Assembly (NCBI RefSeq): GCF_006345805.1
Contig: NC_043001.1
Coordinates: 7,130,001-7,194,000, forward strand
Direction: 5' to 3'
Length of the DNA: 64,000 bases
Origin: Octopus sinensis
Lineage: Eukaryota
Below, piece by piece: positions 23,798 through 36,918 of the stretch. Numbering within the stretch: the first letter of the stretch is position 1; every line of letters starts with the position of its first letter. A program made the position numbers and the translations under genes. The notes beneath the pieces are model-generated. The model saw only the letters and a program-made list of their open reading frames with translations, searched no databases and was not told the DNA's origin.

Positions 23798-25380
23798 TTA
23801 TGATTCTGTCTGATTAGGTTCATATGGCTGCTAGAGGAATATTTTTACGTATCTACGTATTTAATTTTATAAATTGTAGTTTTGTTTGGTTTTTGTTTAA
23901 TTTCTTTTTGTTGCGGGCTACATTTTAGTCACCATTATGTTACGAATCACAGTCTGTCTGATGGGAATAGCAAAAAATGTTTGATTCCTTTTGGGCAGGT
24001 TTGCACTTTCTAATATACGTGTATATCCAGGAGCCCAGAATGGAGGTATGATATGTATTTGATATGACAGATATTCCGTTGTATGTTAAAATGTTTAGCT
24101 TTCTGTGATATTATATGATATGAAAATAGCAGTTTCTTCTCTATGAATGCATATTTTCTTATAAATCGGTCAATAAAATATGCAACTTTCAAATCCACTA
24201 AAGAAATTCATGCATAAAAAATAAAAAACGAAAATATCCCAATAAATTGATTCGGTTCGTCATCTTGCAGCATTTTAAAAATGTATAATTAAATTTATTT
24301 AAAATAATAATACAAAATAACACAATGTTATACGATGTAGATATAGAATATCATAACGTGAGTCATAAAGAGTATCATTCTGTCTAAATACATGCACACA
24401 CAGACACACAGACTACACACAAGGATACGTACACATATATTTTCGTATATCAATGCATACATTCCATTCTATATTGAAACACAATCGTATCATTCTGCAA
24501 GGAAATTTAAGCTATTAGCATTTCCTATTTTTATAATATGATCCATTTGGAACAAGTTGAGAATTATGGATGTATTTAACCGAAATCCAATTTAAATGTA
24601 ATTTCCATTCTTATATCGAGAGTCGATTTAAAGTAAATGATATTAATTCCCTATAATAATAAAATAGATTATATATCGGTTTTATCATTTAGACACAAAA
24701 GCCATCCTCAGGCACACACAGAACTTAACACAATTGGAAATGAACACACCACTGCATATTGTGAAAAATAATTTTAGATGTAAATGAATGCATAACGTTT
24801 GTTCTAAACTATCTTTCCAATAATAAATATATATGTACATATGTGTATATATATATATATAATTATTTGCCTGCAAGTGTGTTTGTGGGAGTGAATGAAT
24901 TAGAGTGTGTGAACTGGTGTATGTGTGTGGAAAAATGGAAGCAAGCGCGTATTTTGATAAGTATGTACGTAAGTAGATATCTCCGTCTGTAAGTTAATGA
25001 TCCTATGTAAGCGAATATGTATGCCTGGATAAAAATGCAGAATTGTAGATAAAGAACCAGAAAACAATTCCTGCTGGTTTATGTCGTATATGGTAGGAGC
25101 AATCAGCGTAATCCTATGCATGCATTACTCGTGTATCTTAAATAAACGCATCTCCAAGAAAAACAGCTTTTGTTCGTACATGTTGACGTGTATTCATAGC
25201 TTCATACAAATATTTCCCATACATACGCAAAAGCACCATCAACCCACCGTCACACACGTATATAAGAGTGTGTTTGTACGTTTATTCGTGTTCGTATGCC
25301 TATATATTTATATATGTAAATACTCTTCCCTATTAAAAAAATATATATTTAACTATGCACACACATACATATACATACAT

Positions 25381-25472
<92 letters not shown>

Positions 25473-26051
25473 GTATATTTTTAAATGAACATATATATAT
25501 ATATATAAATGAACACGCACACACACCGACGCTTCCATTTTAGAAAGAATCTACCTGATTCCAACTGAAGAGATATGGAATAGTGTATGCTTCGGCTTCT
25601 TCAGCTTGCGAGTAAATGTTTGTTTTGAATGCAGGCATTGATGTAAATCCCAATTTCACTGATATCTCCTTGCATTTAAATGCTATTTATTTTAACACTC
25701 GAATAAAGAAATATTTTCAAGTATAATTCAGAATAAATGCATGCATTTCTGAATAAAATCATCGCAATTGGCATTCACTTACTCGAAGCAACGCTCCACT
25801 TGTATGCCTAAACAAATAAACTGATGTGTACGGTGATGTTCCCTACTCCACACGCGTATGAATGGGTTTGTGTGCACGCGAGGGGAAGCATGTTCGGATA
25901 TGCCTCTCTCTGTATCTGATTGTCTGCCTGCCCTCTTTTCTCTCTTCCTGTCTCTCTCTTTCTATCTCTACCAATTTATACATATTCTAGTACAGATATA
26001 TAGAGTCGCATGCGCGCTCATCTCACACTGATATATTTTCTTTTTTTTTTT

Positions 26052-26280
26052 CCTTTTTACTTATTTCTGTCATTTGCCCGCGGCCATGCTATGGCACCTC
26101 TCTGAATGCTGTTAGTCGAAAAAATTGACCCCAGCACTTTTCTTTTAAGCCTAGTTCTTAATCTAACGCTCTCTTATGCCGAATCACAAATTTACGGGGA
26201 CGTAAATACACCAGCACCGGTTATTAAGTGATGATGGGGTGTGTTTATCAAACAGAGATACAAAGACACACAGACATAAA
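26052..26280 (-). mobile_element. SINE family A, 3' half
   Basis: Revcomp match to the tail (gcggccatgc..ttgaccccag..gccgaa..ggggacgtaaatacaccagc). Confidence 0.75.
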
Positions 26281-26374
26281 TATTCACATATAGAGAGGCA
26301 ATATGCGGATAAGCAAATTAGTTACAGTAAATATATCAAATATATTAAGTATATTACATTGGGTATGAAATATA

Positions 26375-26712
26375 GAATATCGTGGCACTCCGTCGGTTGC
26401 GACGACCATGGTTCTAGTTGATACGATCAATGGAACAGCCTCCTCGTGAAATAAACGTGCTGAACGCTCGACAGACACGTGTACCCTTAACGTAGTTCTC
26501 GGATAGGTTCAGCTTGACATAAGGTGTGACAAGGATGGTCCTTTAAAATACAGGAAGAAAGAGTGAGAGAAAGTTGTGGTGAAAAATACAGAAGGGTTCG
26601 CCACCAGCTCCTGCTGGAGAGCTTTAGTTGTTCTAACAACATCCCGTCTGGGAATCGAAACCGCGATCATACGACCGCGAGTTCGCTGCTCTAACCACTG
26701 GGCTATTGCCCC
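26375..26712 (-). mobile_element. tRNA-derived SINE family C
   Basis: Minus head gggcaatagcccagtggttagagcagcg..ggtttcgattccc (A and B boxes). Homologous to 58781-59574. Confidence 0.8.
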
Positions 26713-27131
26713 ACCTCAGATGTAATATATATATATATATATAGATATATGTATACATGCAAAAACGAGAGAAAGCAAAAGGTGAAGTTTTAAGAATGAT
26801 AAATTTTGAAATATGAATATATGGATATTTAAATTAATAGGTACAACTTACACAGACTACAAAAGACAGAAACTTTTAAAGGCGTGGAAGAAAGGTTTCA
26901 TAATCCAACAGCTGTTCCTGGGGTCTCTACAATCCATAATAATTTGGGCAGATTTAATTCTTCAGAATATGCGGCCGTATAGGTGCAGTTAACATTGGAA
27001 AAATCGAAATTCGAACAGCAGGGTGGTTATGATCTTACATTTCAGATCTTAATGGGGAAAGTTTAAAGGTTCCATCTCCAACTTTCCCCTCTCTTTCCCG
27101 CTCTCTTATTATGATTCTATCTATCCCTCTA

Positions 27132-27202
<71 letters not shown>

Positions 27203-27203
27203 G

Positions 27204-27275
<72 letters not shown>

Positions 27276-27743
27276 CCTATCTATCTGTCTATCTAATTAT
27301 CCAAATATCTATCCTCCTGTATATTTATTTATATATTCATCGATCCCTCTCTCTCTCTATCTCCGTCTCTCTTTCAATCTAACTTTGTTTCTGTGTGTAT
27401 CTCTCTTTTTGTATCCCACTCTCTGTGTCTCTCTCACATTGTCTATCTCTGTCTCTGTCTCTGTCTCTCTCTCCTTCTCTCTCTCTATATATATATACAC
27501 ATGCATTTTACATCCCTACATGTACACATACATACATGCATACATACATACATACATACATACATACATACATACATACATACATACATACATTACATAC
27601 ATATGCACAAAGCAATTCATACTATCATGAGTCATATCTTCGAAGCACTTGAGATAAGAACTCTCCATTTGGAAGAAAGAAATGGACAAGAAAAGTGAAG
27701 CGAATATAAATACGTGAGTAATTCCTACGTTTGATTGTGGTAT

Positions 27744-28264
27744 ATGAATCGCTGTGTCACATGTACTACTATTTTACATCCATGTTCTTTTTAGCTTTAT
27801 CACTCCTTGATATCATGTGAACGGCCTACTCCAGAATAATAGTTTCTGTATAACATCTCTCTTTTCTGATTTACTTTAATGAATCCGTTCGAATTAATAT
27901 CTAATCCGATCCGATTACGTATTTCTAAAGCAAGAAGTTATTTCGTATATAAGCATTTCTATAAAACGTACTTCGAAATTTAATACGTACCATGTCAATA
28001 AATACCATGAATCGCTGTGTCACATGTACTACTATTTTACATCCATGTTCTTTTTAGCTTTATCACTCCTTGATATCATGTGAACGGCCTACTCCAGAAT
28101 AATAGTTTCTGTATAACATCTCTCTTTTCTGATTTACTTTAATGAATCCGTTCGAATTAATATCTAATCCGATCCGATTACGTATTTCTAAAGCAAGAAG
28201 TTATTTCGTATATAAGCATTTCTATAAAACGTACTTCGAAATTTAATACGTACCATGTCAATAA
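27744..28264. repeat. Perfect tandem duplication of 258 bp with a 5 bp spacer
   Basis: 27744-28001 = 28007-28264. Confidence 0.92.
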
Positions 28265-28631
28265 TGTCTATAAATGTACAGATATGAAAGCGTACGTACA
28301 TACTTTCCTGTGTGTGTATCTGTGTTTATGCAGGTTATATACTTTGCAAATTTTGGCCCAAGGCCAGCATTTTCCTGTGCGTGATTTGGTCGGGTACGTC
28401 GGCAAAAGTCCGCATTTGGGACAAATATTTTTGACACCAAAAGGATGAAAGATAAAGTCGTTCTGTGGGAAATGGGAATTCAGATCATGAGAAGAAACGA
28501 AATGCCGATAGGCATTCCAAATATCTTGCCAGCTCTTGCCAGATAAATTTGCGGATTAGCTCAACACAATTTATTACACGCACAATTCAGTATATTTCAT
28601 AACATATCAATGGTTACATGCGTACATAAAT

Positions 28632-28815
28632 CTCTTACTATTCTCTCGTTTTATTCTCTCTCTCTGTATTTGCTCGTGTTCCTTTCTGTCGAAGAGCGCA
28701 GGCACGAAACGTAAAAGACTTTTTTACCTTCCCGAGCGTCAAACTAATACATCCGCTTGTTGTTTATAAACTCGTCTTTGTATTTTGTTTTTCTGTAAAT
28801 TTCTACTATATATAT
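28632..28815 (+). repeat. Family H copy 4
   Basis: Motif 28682-28717: CTTT CTGTCGA A GAG cgcagg CAC GAAA CGT A AAAG. Confidence 0.78.
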
Positions 28816-29419
28816 AATGTTCTTCTTAATAATCTTCTTTATAACCCTAAATTTTAACTTTATACAAATCGTTTAAAATATTCAACTATAGTACCGCATG
28901 ATCAAATTTCCCCTGCGTTATCAACATTGGTTTGCTAGAGTCTTGCCCCTTTAATTGGGAGCTAACATCTTGATTTAAAATTCCTTTACGAAATTTCATG
29001 ATATTGCTTCAAATTAATCTTGATCGTTTCATGACTATACCCACTATGATTTCTGTCGACTCCCTCAGCCCCTTTCCAAAGAGACTGCTCCTTGTTCCTT
29101 GACCTTAGATTTTGATATACAAAGATTTGATAAACAAGTCTGACCCAAAAATAAAAACAGTAACCAGCTAGATTTTTAACAAGTCATTCTTCCTGATACC
29201 TTAGTAGCTTCTAAGCTGAAGTGAAAACAGCATGTTCTTTGTCTAACTCTATACGATCTTAATGATTTTAGGTAAAACTATATTAATGTAGCCATCTGTT
29301 TTAAATTAATTTCATTCTATATATTTATGCAGCTAAGGATTGCTCAGCATTTAATTTGATGTAATGGTTGCGTTTTTCGATTAAATAGAATCGCTTCAAA
29401 CGATCATACTGCATTACAA

Positions 29420-29710
29420 AATCATTGGTAGCATTTTGTCAGTCTTTACGTTATGGGTTCAAATTTTGCCATTGCTGACTTGGCGATTACTCCTCTAGGA
29501 TCGGTAAAATAATATCTGTTGAGGACTGGACTGGGGATGATTTATTCGACTTAGCGCCTCCCCCGAAACTTCTTACCGTGTGCCTAAGTTTTGAAAACAA
29601 TTATTCATTAACGGTCAAATTCCGCAGAGGTTGACTTTCACTGCAATTCTTTTGTGGTCGATAGAAATATACCATTCATATATTCGGGCTGATACAATCG
29701 ATTTAAACTG
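29420..29710 (+). mobile_element. Old SINE family B fragments (two partial copies)
   Basis: tttacgttatgggttcaaattttgcc..ggatcggtaaaataa and caaattccgcagaggttgacttt..ggtcgatagaaat. Similar weak fragments at 28430-28535 (-) and 39840-39925 (-). Confidence 0.5.
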
Positions 29711-31314
29711 AAGATCTTCGTCAGAGATGTGATCTACTCACTACCATCTTTCCAAAGCATCACTTTGAAGTGATGTAACAGTTTAAAATTTCACCACAGG
29801 GGCAGCAATTTCATAAGAGTACTAGTGACGGTTTTATGTCTATCCTACCACTCTTTTGTTCCCTATCTTCCTTTTCCTCTTTAGAGCTCGCGATAAAGAT
29901 ATAAATGTATCTTGTATTCATATAAAAGGGTTTCAGTCTTATTATATTTGCCATCGTTCAATCTTCCATGGAAAATTTTCTTAATTTCCTGTTTACATCT
30001 TGTTTTGTTTAGTTTTCGTCATTGCTCCCATTCAACAATGCTTTTGTAAAATTCCGTTTCTTCACTTTAATCTCTATTGTTACATATTTTGAATGATTTT
30101 TAGTGTTTCTAATTAAAAAAAGAATATTCTATACTTATTTAAGAACCCGAAATGCTTTGCAGTTTGAAAGTGGAATTTGTTGGAAAATCTTCTAACGTTT
30201 GTGTTTTTTTTTTTATTCATTATATTTAAGTTATAAATATCCTACGAGCACTTAGGTTTATTCATTTCTAGGGAGACAATGATATTAAATATATTTTGCG
30301 TAGCATCCTTTAAAGAATATCCGGGTTAAAGCGATAAAAATGGAATCTTGTCATTCGTCTCACTGAATGATTGTAAAATATGACATGGTAAAACATCATA
30401 AAATTCTCTCTTGAATCTTACGTACCATTTCGAAGTATTTCATTTCTTCCAAAATCTCTCATTTTATCTCACACACACACTCACTCTCTTTCGCTCTTCC
30501 TCTCTCTCTCTCTCTGTGTCTCTCACACACTCTCTATAGTTGTTTGATGTGGCTTGGGTCATCCTTGGTCAGCAGTTTCAAAGGTGTCTCCGTGCGTGCG
30601 GCCGAGCAGATCCACCAGTGCCCCGCATCGCTGACGGTCCTGTGCCTACCATTCTGCATTCTCGAAGCTGGAATTGAGTCCCTGAAAATCTACATGAATC
30701 AAATTCTAACCCGCAGCTGCGGCGCCAAACCAGAGGAAGGCCCAGTAAAGATTATTTGACCGAAGGAAGAGGATAAGCATGCGATGAATATCTATGATGC
30801 GGAAAGCTGCGGGCTGATGCATGACTACATGCAGGACTTCATTGGAAATGTGATGATAACATCTTAATGTTTTGGTCATCAGGGCTTTACTGCCGAAGCC
30901 GTCGACCCTTTTTCGTTAGGGTCTTTCTCGACAAATTATTTTAATACCTCTGAGTATCTGTTCTTCCTTTGTCAGTATATCACAAGTTCAAGCTATAACA
31001 TTTCTTCTTGCCTTCTGACATTCTTCATCTTAATGCTTCCCTCTGACACTTATTCATCGATATCGATCCCCTGTCTATCTAAAATGTATTCACCTCATAA
31101 TATCCTTTATTTGACATCTAGTTTTTCAATTGAAATCTTATTTCCATAATCACAAATATACTATGTCGCCTTCGGCTACCAAATCATATTTTCTCCACTT
31201 GCTGTATTTCCTAATTTATTCTATTGTTACTCTTACAAATATTTATCTAAGTTACTGCCTAACGTTTTTCTTCACCCTAATATATATGTATATATATATG
31301 AACTTATATACACA

Positions 31315-31875
31315 TAGTAATCACTCGCCACGTCGCGGGTTCCTCAGTACATCGCGGTACATCGCGGTTTTTTCCTCAGTACATCGCGGTTTTTTCAGGC
31401 TAATATATATTAATTTATATCGCTAATAAATATATACATATGTGTGTGTGCGTGTGTTTGTGTGTTTCTAAATTTATTCTCATTATATCGCGGGTTTCTG
31501 GAGCCGATAGGTATTTACATATATTTTAGATTTTAATTATTTCTGTGGTAAAATGTGCATTTCCACAACTAAAAATGAATAAGTTAATAAATAACAATAC
31601 TGTTCAATACTGCTTTGCATAACACATTAATTAAATATATCAAGAGCAAATACGTAAAGGAGTAAACAAAGATTCGCATATACTGTATGGAAAACGAAAC
31701 TCCGGAGGCGAGTATGTGGTGTTGTTTTGTATATATGATGAAATGAATACATACAAATTATAAAGATAATAATAACGATAAATTTAGAGTACAGTACAGT
31801 TTCTGCTTCGTGGATTGTCACCCATTGTGGGGAATTTTGGAACATAACACCCACGACAGTCGAGGGGTTACTGTA
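31315..31875. mobile_element. Probable pogo/Tigger-like MITE
   Basis: Degenerate TIRs (tagtaatcactcgccacgtcgcggg vs revcomp cagtaacccctcgactgtcgtggg), internal atcgcgg repeats, TA at the right end. Confidence 0.5.
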
Positions 31876-32224
31876 TAATCCATTGCGTGTTTCTGAAAAC
31901 AATGAAAACTATTTAGTTGAAAGAATCACCCCCGCCACGAGATTTTTTTCTTTTTACTGTACAACTAAGTAGTGGGAACGTAAAATAGCGTTGATAGCTA
32001 AACAGACACAACTAATGTATATTACACACACGCACACACTCACACATACACACAGACTGACAGACAGACACACACACACATAAATATCTAAATCCATTTT
32101 TTTTTATTGCGTCTGTTTATTTCCTCTTATTCGGGATATCAAACTATATATATATATATTATATATATATATATATATATATCACCACTACTTTGTAATT
32201 TCCGCTTCTTCCTCGCTCTCCTAT

Positions 32225-32425
32225 GTGACCCCTCTGTCCGCCATTCGCCATGATAGATCGCTAGCCACTAAATCTATTTCTATTTTCTCGCTCAGTTTCT
32301 TTCTGTGTTCCTTTCTGTCGAAGAGCGTAGGCTCGAAATATAAAAGACTTTCTCACTTCCCAAGCGTTAAACTAATACAACTGTTTGTTGTTTACACAAG
32401 CGTCTCCGTCTTTTTTTTTTTGTAA
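32225..32425 (+). repeat. Family H copy 2
   Basis: Motif 32311-32346: CTTT CTGTCGA A GAG cgtagg CTC GAAA TAT A AAAG. Confidence 0.8.
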
Positions 32426-32699
32426 ATTCACACCGTACACACACACACACACACACACACATACACATACACGCACACACACATATATATATATATATAT
32501 ATACGAGAGGCGTGGTTCTGTTTCCGTCTGACGAGTCCACTTATAAGTCTTTAACCGGACCGACGCTACAGTAGAATACTCTCGATCTTGTGCCACGCAG
32601 CGGAACAGTTTCAAGAATCATGTGACTGCGAAACAAGCTTTTTATTACTAACCCTTGCCTGGACTACTTACACACACTCACACGCACACATATACGTAC

Positions 32700-32742
<43 letters not shown>

Positions 32743-32751
32743 ATATATATA

Positions 32752-32945
32752 TAGGGAGAGTTTACGAAAAAGAGAAAAGACGAAGACAGGTGGTGTAAAG
32801 AACAACAGATGTATTAGTATAACGCTCAGGAATAGAAAATGTCTTTTGCGTTTCGAGGCTACGCTCTTCTACAGAAAGGGACACAGAAAAAAAACAAGGA
32901 GAGAAAAAAGGAGAGAAAAAATGTGTGTAGTGGCTAATCTGTGTG
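32752..32945 (-). repeat. Family H copy 3
   Basis: Motif 32878-32843: CTTT CTGTAGA A GAG cgtagc CTC GAAA CGC A AAAG. Confidence 0.8.
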
Positions 32946-32954
32946 CATATATTC

Positions 32955-33125
32955 TTTTGTTTGCTTTAGTCATTTAACTGCGGCCATGCTTAAGCACTGC
33001 CTTTTGTCGAACTAATCGACCCTAGGACTTATTCTTTGTAAGCATAGTAATTATTCTACCGGTATCTTTTTCCAACCGCTAGGTTACGGTGATCTAAACA
33101 CACCTACATCGGCTGTCAAACCCAC
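32955..33125 (-). mobile_element. SINE family A, 3' half
   Basis: Revcomp match to the tail. Confidence 0.75.
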
Positions 33126-33187
33126 TCACACACACACATATATATGTGTTTATGTGCGTGTGTGTGTATATAGATAGACAGATAGAT

Positions 33188-33228
<41 letters not shown>

Positions 33229-33556
33229 TTGTTCTACAGACAAGAACAACATTAACACTACATTCAATGTTCCTGTGAGTGAAACCATTATTGTCAAATA
33301 CTTTTTCATATAACTGAACGGGAAATAGACATACCTATGTGTGTGTGACTGTGCGTTTTGTGTGTGTTTGTGTGCGTGCGTGCATGCACGTGTGTGTGTG
33401 ATTGTGTCTAACTGTGTCTGCGTTTGTCTTCCACCACTACTGGACAACCGTTCTTGGTGTGTTTAGTTCGGACATAGTGGTCGACAGGATAAGTATTGGG
33501 CTTAAGCGAAAATACATGAGTGGTTGGAAAGATCCGTTCGACTTAAAATGTTCATA

Positions 33557-33990
33557 GGCGCAGGAGTGGCTGTGTGGTAAGTAGCTTGCTAACCAACCAC
33601 ATGGTTTCGGGTTCAGTCCCACTGCGTGGCATCTTGGGCAAGTGTCTTCTGCTATAGCCCCGGGCCGACCAATGCCTTGTGAGTGGAATTGGTAGACGGA
33701 AACTGAAAGAAGCCTGTCGTATATATGTATGTATATATATGTATATATATATATATATTTATATGTGTGTGTATGTGTTTGTGTCTGTGTTTGTCCCCCC
33801 TAGCATTGCTTGACAACCGATGCTGGTGTGTTTACGTCCCCGTCACTTAGCAGTTCGGCAAAAGAGACCGATAGAATAAGTACTGGGCTTACAAAGAATA
33901 AGTCCTGGGGTCGATTTACTCGACTAAAGGTGGTGCTCCAGCATGGCCGCAGTCAAATGACTGAAACAAGTAAAAGAGTAAAAAAGAGTA
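33557..33990 (+). mobile_element. SINE family A, full length
   Basis: Colinear with the 11465 copy. Confidence 0.9.
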
Positions 33991-34684
33991 TAGTGGATCC
34001 CCAGCTTGGCTGCAGTCTACTGACTTAATGAAGTAAGGAATAACACGTAGTAAAGGATGTGCGCACGTTTTTACTCCAAACAATTTTGAACTGTGTAAAA
34101 CCATAATCACTTAAACAACCGCCACCACCACCCACGCTATGCGCGGAAACATTAATCTTTCAGACCAAATGCCTTCTTCCCAAACCCCAAAACATCACAT
34201 GAGCAATACCTCCCCACCCCTCACTCTGTAACTCTATTGATCTTTATGTGAAATATTCTTTGGGCAAAACATTTCATTCTTCTGCCACATTTTTTTCTTC
34301 CCTATTAAAAACAAATTAACATTCTCCGTTACCAAACATATTCTCCTTGATCAATTGGTCCAAGATTCTTTGATTGGCGTGTGCGTTGCAGATGAAACAA
34401 AAATTACTGGCAGATATCACATAGAACGTTCAAAGATATTGGCAAACTTCGCATAGAAATTATATAAAATCAACATTCACTAAATTCAAAAATATAGAAA
34501 AAAAACCCCAAAGAAATCTATATTTCTTATCTTTAATTAATGATGTTTATGTGTAAGAACTATGTTTTCATAAGTTATTGCGAGGCACAAAAGTACGTCC
34601 GGAAATTTGAATGCGTGAAATTATACTTTCAATAATTGTTGGTGCAGCCAGATACTCTGTGTCACCATTAGTATTATTTGATTC

Positions 34685-35222
34685 GTTTCAGTAATTTGAA
34701 TCCGGCCATGCTGGAGCACCCCTTTTAATCAAACTAATTGACCCCAGGACATATTCTTTGTAAGCCTTGTAGTTATTCTATCAGCTCCCTTTTGCCGGAC
34801 CGTGATATGACGCGGACGTAAACGAACCTACATCGGTTGTCAAGAGATGTTGAGTGGACAGAGACGCACAAATGCATACATATATATATATTATTTTATT
34901 CTTTTATTCTTTTATTTGTTTCAGTTATTTCACTGCGGCCATGCTGGGGCACCGCCTTTAGTCGAGCAAATCGACCCCAGGACTTATTCTTTGTAAGCCT
35001 AGTACTTATTCATCGGTTGTCAAGCGATGTTGGGGGGACAAATACAGATACACAAGCATACGCACACACACACATTTACGATGGGCTTCTTTCAGTTTCC
35101 GTCTACCGAATTCACTCACAAACCTTTAGTTGGCCCTAGCCCATAGTAGAAAACACTTCCCCAAGCTGCCACGCAGTAAGAATGAACCCGGAACCATGTG
35201 GTTGGTAAGCAAGCTACTTACC
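34685..35222 (-). mobile_element. Two adjacent SINE family A copies (3' fragment 34685-34850; near-full copy 34896-35222)
   Basis: Revcomp matches; the second copy has an internal deletion. Confidence 0.8.
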
Positions 35223-35462
35223 TGGCCAAAATAAGTTTAAGACTGATGTCGACAGTTCTATCCGTTCTTTTACATTGTATGTATATATTTTTCTCTCTTT
35301 CCAATGAAATATTCGTTATATATCTTTCTACAATTTGAATCATTTTAGTACGCAATTAATTCAAACAATTAAAATTTGTCGTAACAAGAATTTTAAAACC
35401 GTACCAACATTGATGTGCTTACATTGACAATTCACAAATGATCAACGAACAAAAATGTGTTA

Positions 35463-35660
35463 TTAGCACCTACCTCCATGGCCATTATTATCAATTACGG
35501 CCTTACAACCACAGCACATGGAGTCCGACAAATGAGCACAAAAATCTCTCGGAATTTTCGCCCATACATCTACAATATCATAATATAATTGGGACAAGTT
35601 TTTTGGCTTTTTAGCAAGAACTCTTTCAGAAATGCGGCCCACCTCCCGCTTGCGCTGTTT
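35463..35660 (-). mobile_element. Tc1-like transposase C-terminal fragment
   Basis: RVLAKKPKNLSQLYYDIVDVWAKIPRDFCAHLSDSM..CKAVIDNNG resembles the Tc1 C-terminus (W..I......L..SM..R..AVI...G). Confidence 0.55.
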
Positions 35661-35888
35661 TCTTGAAACAATTAGGATTGAACTTTTCAGTTGGATGGCT
35701 TCTACCATAATTCTTTCCGTCTGGTCAAAAGAAGTTTTGACATGTCCATACATTCAATATGGCTTTTAGCAAACTTGATCCGCAGTGGGACTGAACCCAG
35801 AACCACGTGGTTTGGAAGCAAGTTTTTTTTTCACCTCACATCCACTCCGTATATATTTTTCATCTGGAATTATTTCAATTCCAAATTT

Positions 35889-35926
<38 letters not shown>

Positions 35927-36336
35927 ACACACACACACACACACACTTTTATGTATATAGGCGCTGACATGTTTACATAGTAACGAATGATGCTTTATCA
36001 CCATATACTGCAACCATTTGCTTTTGGGCTCCGTCCTTGTGGGCGTCAAAACAAACAAGTAACTTCTACTATTACCATAGATTGATAAATGACTTTTGAT
36101 TGGATGTTGTAGAAGTCCGTCGTAAAACTGTGTGCACGGATGTGTGTGTAATTGTATCTGCGTGTGTCTCTGATTGTGTCTGTGTTTGTATTTATATATG
36201 TGTCTGTCTGTACGTACGCGTTTATATAGAAACGTGCGAATGTTCATCCAACTACCGGAGCTTGACATCCGCTGTTCGTTTCTTTACAGCCCGCGAGCGT
36301 AAAGGCTGCTTATTTAGATTAAACTTTTCGTTGCAG

Positions 36337-36384
36337 TGCTCCACCATAACCATACACCAGTTACAGAGACGAGTGAAGATAAAG
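36337..36384 (+). other. Candidate 48 nt exon
   Basis: cttttcgttgcag|...aaag|gtaaat; open in phases 0 and 1. Confidence 0.25.
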
Positions 36385-36877
36385 GTAAATGTATATTATT
36401 CAACTCATACTCCACACTTGAAAAGTATCGTCAACTTTAAATCCCTTTCCAAAATATATTCATTTTTGCTGAGTTCCTTGCCAATCAGAAAAGTCCCAGA
36501 TTGGGAAGAATCCGTTGGTAGCTCTCATATATTACATATCCAACTCTGTTCAATATATCTTAAGTCTCTGACCGCATAGCGATTCTTTCTCCTGTCTTAG
36601 AAATACCATTGTTAGTACACTACAACCACAGTGTTTTTAGAAACACACACACACATACACACAGAAGCACACACACACGCACGCTCACATAGATGCACAC
36701 AAACACACACATACTGTACTGTTCCATAACGGTAAGATCAACAAAAACGTACTCCATCTGGTGGTAGATCAATACCTTTTAATAATCACAATGTGTTTTT
36801 TTGTGTTACTATTAGTTTCATAAAAATCATATTGTGCTTATTAAAGGATATATATGTGTGTGCCTGTGTGTGCATAT

Positions 36878-36918
<41 letters not shown>

